Below are positions 37,671 through 40,338 of a DNA stretch of 40,338 bases, piece by piece. The DNA lies in assembly GCA_029856445.1 (NCBI GenBank), contig JAHQWY010000001.1:1-40338 (forward strand). Reading direction: 5' to 3'. The notes below the pieces were generated by a model. The model had not been told where the DNA came from. It did no database searches and worked only from the letters and a program-made list of their open reading frames with translations. Source of the stretch: Promethearchaeia archaeon. Lineage in GTDB: Archaea; Asgardarchaeota; Lokiarchaeia; Sigyniarchaeales; SOKP01. Each line of letters opens with the position of its first letter. The stretch's first letter is position 1. Made by a program: the position numbers and the translations under genes.

Positions 37671-38306
37671 TTAATATAATTTCTCTGCCATTACAAATAA
37701 GTGATAATTTTCTCCCCATTTGGGCGATTCTTGGACCAATTTTGACCATATGATCTTAAATCCAACCTCTTGAATAATTTTTTGACTAGTTTCTTGGTCG
37801 AAACCACTCCAAAACATTTTTGCTCTGGTTCCAAAAAAATCTCCATTATAAGATTCAGGATCATCTTTTGTACCAAAAGCACAGAGCACAACGCCATTAA
37901 TTTTTAACATCCGATGAAAATTTCTTAGTACTTCCTGATGTTCCTCTCTTGGTATATGAATTATAGAATAATAAGCCAGTATTCCATCAAAATATTCATC
38001 TGGGAAATTAATTTTTGTCATATCCTGACATATAAATTTAGCTTTGGGAGCATTTTGTTTAGCTAACTCAATTTGCTTTTCTGAGATATCCACACCAATT
38101 ACTTCGAAATTCTCGCTTAAAATGTGAGAGTATGCGCCGTTTCCGCAACCAGCATCTAATATTCGACCCTTTGGAGGGATGCGAGAAGAAAATTCTGATA
38201 AAAGTTTTAATTGTTCCTCTTCTTCTTTTCTATCTATACCAACGATTTTATTCAATATCTCGGCAGTTTCATTATATCCTTTTCTAACTATTTCCTTTTT
38301 TTCCAT
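37671..38306 (-). CDS. class I SAM-dependent methyltransferase
   Basis: 211 aa. Motif I ILDAGCGNGAYS, post-I acidic residue VIGVDIS, motif II/III context FDGILAYYSIIH. Confidence 0.85.
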   Translation of the reverse strand: MEKKEIVRKGYNETAEILNKIVGIDRKEEEEQLKLLSEFSSRIPPKGRILDAGCGNGAYSHILSENFEVIGVDISEKQIELAKQNAPKAKFICQDMTKINFPDEYFDGILAYYSIIHIPREEHQEVLRNFHRMLKINGVVLCAFGTKDDPESYNGDFFGTRAKMFWSGFDQETSQKIIQEVGFKIIWSKLVQESPKWGENYHLFVMAEKLY

Positions 38307-38322
38307 ATGATGATGACTTCTT

Positions 38323-40338
38323 TTAGTTAGTCTTAAAGTATTGAATTGGTTGATAAATTGTCATGTTAATATTTTTATATGAATTGGAGTCACAAATTTC
38401 GGCTAACCATGAATATTCTGAATCAGGTTGTAAGGGTCTCCAACGAGTATTTATTAAAGTTGAGCTTTTATTCAAACCATAAGAAGGTATTAAAATCGAA
38501 GTTTGGAAAATATTGTCAAAATGAGTTAAATCATGGAAATCTATGAAATCAGTTCTTCCTTTGGAGATGTAAGGTACATAATAGGCGTCTACTCCTCCTA
38601 ACTTCTTAAGAGTTGTCCATTTTATATTAACATAAATACGTGGATCTCCCTGAAGTTTAGGTTTTTCCTCAGAAGAAAAGGTTATATTGTTTTTAACTTT
38701 TAAATAACTCTTTAAAAGAGTGTTATTAGTCTTAAGAATACGGGATAGAGACCGTGATTCACCATTCCAATAATCGACTGTAATTTTATATTCACCTTCA
38801 TCTAAAAATCCGTTTCTATCAACTGCTCGATAGTAGACCATTTGACGATTATAATTATCAACAATATATCCATTACGGTTTTTATCTGAATATGGCTGAT
38901 TTTTAAACTGAAATTCATACTCTTTTGGACCCTCCACAGTTATCTTACTGATGGCATTTGTGTTTTTTTCTCCAACCAAACCAAAAAACTTAACATCAAA
39001 TTTAGCTTGTTTTTCTGGTATCTCTTTTTCAAGATAGAATTGACTAACTCCAATTTCATCAATAGTTGGGACTGTTTCATCAATAATTTCATCATTAAAA
39101 TGTGACATCTGAAATTCATTAAAGCGATGTTTATATGGTAAACCAAAAAAACGTGGTATGTTATCAAGATTTGGAAAAAAATCTGGATGTAGATTAACTC
39201 CCGCTTGGTGGAAAGCTTTTGCAATATTCTCTGCTTTTACAGGACAACCCTTTATCGGGATCATTTCATTAATATCTGGATTATTCATATGTTTATTAAC
39301 CATACATTGACCGAGTAGTATAGTTTTCTTCTTTCCCGGTGTTGGATTCATTCTTTTTCCCATAATTACCTCAACGTCATCCCAGGGGTCTCCTTCTGAA
39401 CTATTCCAAGCATAGGTGATAGCAATAGGTAGCAAACCTGTAAGTATAGAACAATAAGTGCATGTAGTATTATCATATTGGCGATAAGATAATCCTTTAA
39501 CACCTTGTTTAGAAAGTGCGATTGGAAGAGTATGATCATCAGTATATGGGAATTGATATCTATGAGGATCACGTACACTCTCAATTGTTTTTCCAACAAC
39601 CTCAATATCTGAAAGATCTATAGGACGATTATTTTCTTGAGCATAATAGGATAAATATGACACATTAGAAGGATCATATCCTAATACCATAGCACCAACT
39701 TTGTCAGCGGAAAACATATCAGAAGAAGATATTAAAATATTACTTCTTCTCATGTTGCCATCATATCCTGGACCTAGTTCATTTGTATAGATCCCATCAA
39801 TGATCGAGATGATAGGAGGCAATTTCTTCGGTAAGTGATATAGATAAAAATCTAGATCATTTTCAGCATCTGGAGTATGACATTTCTTCCGTGAAGGGAT
39901 ATCAATTAAACCCTTTAAATTCTTTAAACTTAAACTAACCTTTGCTTGGCTGTGAGTTTTAAGAACTGCAACAGAAACGATTAGATCACTATTTAAAGCG
40001 TCACAATTAAAATTCAAATCAATATCGTCTCCTAAATCTAATTTTTTAAATGGCCTTTCTAAAACATTAACTAGATTTATCCCATATTTTTTTTTGAATC
40101 TATTATATCCTAAAGTTTCAAAAGCGTGTTGTGTTGTTTTAAAATCCTTTGGGTGCATCGTTACAGTGCCTTCCCCGATTGTTATGTCCTTAATACCCCG
40201 CTCTTTAAGTAAAATTATTGTATCTTCCATTATTCGTGAAGTGGTTACAACTCCATAGGGAGGATAGTCCGGAATAGGAGACCAAAATACAATGTTAGGT
40301 TTTAAGAAGATTTTTTCATCTCCTTTAAGATTATCAAA
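38323..40338 (-). CDS. DUF362-family protein with ~255-aa uncharacterised C-terminal extension (5' end truncated by window edge)
   Basis: The reverse-strand frame stays open from 40230 to the window end. It reads FDNLKGDEKIFLKPNIVFWSPIPDYPPYGVVTTSRIMED, aligning with residues ~28-65 of the paralog at 33519. Shares VLKTHSQAKVSLSLKNLKG, IDGIYTNELGP and CTYC...GQC...GCP. Residues ~381-635 of the track protein (38326-39090) have no counterpart in the paralog. Confidence 0.75.
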   Translation of the reverse strand, partial: FDNLKGDEKIFLKPNIVFWSPIPDYPPYGVVTTSRIMEDTIILLKERGIKDITIGEGTVTMHPKDFKTTQHAFETLGYNRFKKKYGINLVNVLERPFKKLDLGDDIDLNFNCDALNSDLIVSVAVLKTHSQAKVSLSLKNLKGLIDIPSRKKCHTPDAENDLDFYLYHLPKKLPPIISIIDGIYTNELGPGYDGNMRRSNILISSSDMFSADKVGAMVLGYDPSNVSYLSYYAQENNRPIDLSDIEVVGKTIESVRDPHRYQFPYTDDHTLPIALSKQGVKGLSYRQYDNTTCTYCSILTGLLPIAITYAWNSSEGDPWDDVEVIMGKRMNPTPGKKKTILLGQCMVNKHMNNPDINEMIPIKGCPVKAENIAKAFHQAGVNLHPDFFPNLDNIPRFFGLPYKHRFNEFQMSHFNDEIIDETVPTIDEIGVSQFYLEKEIPEKQAKFDVKFFGLVGEKNTNAISKITVEGPKEYEFQFKNQPYSDKNRNGYIVDNYNRQMVYYRAVDRNGFLDEGEYKITVDYWNGESRSLSRILKTNNTLLKSYLKVKNNITFSSEEKPKLQGDPRIYVNIKWTTLKKLGGVDAYYVPYISKGRTDFIDFHDLTHFDNIFQTSILIPSYGLNKSSTLINTRWRPLQPDSEYSWLAEICDSNSYKNINMTIYQPIQYFKTN

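Noticed and set aside
905-39605. Remaining short antisense ORFs in the track: 905-1150, 1725-1946, 2643-3014, 9996-10244, 15626-15946, 16272-16544, 17475-17663, 19750-19953, 20070-20294, 21754-22044, 21791-21976, 23843-24061, 24546-24812, 29185-29421, 30619-30843, 34391-34582, 37691-37897, 38940-39224, 39366-39605.
   Set aside because: Each lies entirely inside a longer ORF on the other strand or in another frame that carries clear family motifs. None shows a recognisable motif.
1-40338. Search for tRNA/rRNA genes, CRISPR repeats, transposases/integrases, toxin-antitoxin pairs or recognisable defence genes.
   Set aside because: Intergenic regions are uniformly AT-rich with no GC-rich cloverleaf-like segments. 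There are no regularly spaced direct repeats, and no ORF has recombinase, nuclease or defence motifs. Nothing supports a call.

Overview
AT-rich (roughly 30% G+C by eye), densely coding archaeal chromosomal segment. TFIIB/TFB-type transcription factors, archaeal-type topoisomerase IA and tungsten-type aldehyde:ferredoxin oxidoreductase mark it as archaeal. A eukaryote-like actin-family gene makes an Asgard (Loki-type) origin the best guess, which is inference only. I support 34 protein-coding genes, two of them cut by the window edges. I saw no rRNA, tRNA, CRISPR array, transposase or integrase. Content is mostly housekeeping or accessory metabolism: a PAS histidine kinase, topoisomerase IA, an ABC ATPase, a split MgtE-like transporter with a PhoU/TrkA-C regulator, a SIS/PHI-like isomerase, endonuclease IV, AOR, two P-type ATPases, a GNAT, two LLM-class oxidoreductases, an acyl-CoA synthetase, an SDR and a methyltransferase. 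The most interesting locus is 4061-6399 on the minus strand. It holds a divergent actin paralog preceded on the same strand by a 238-aa protein. That protein has a helical N-terminus, a ~130-aa poly-proline/Gly/Ala tract (a local ~60% G+C island) and a C-terminal amphipathic helix ending in LKKI. The layout recalls the eukaryotic poly-Pro + WH2 actin-assembly-factor architecture. Other points worth a second look: tandem minimal SET-domain paralogs; tandem P-type ATPases lacking the canonical M4 Glu and M6 Asp; a canonical plus a strongly divergent TFB paralog 0.8 kb apart; and a cluster bracketed by two DUF362 paralogs, one with an uncharacterised ~255-aa C-terminal extension. All functional calls come from motif recognition by eye, and no database search was run.
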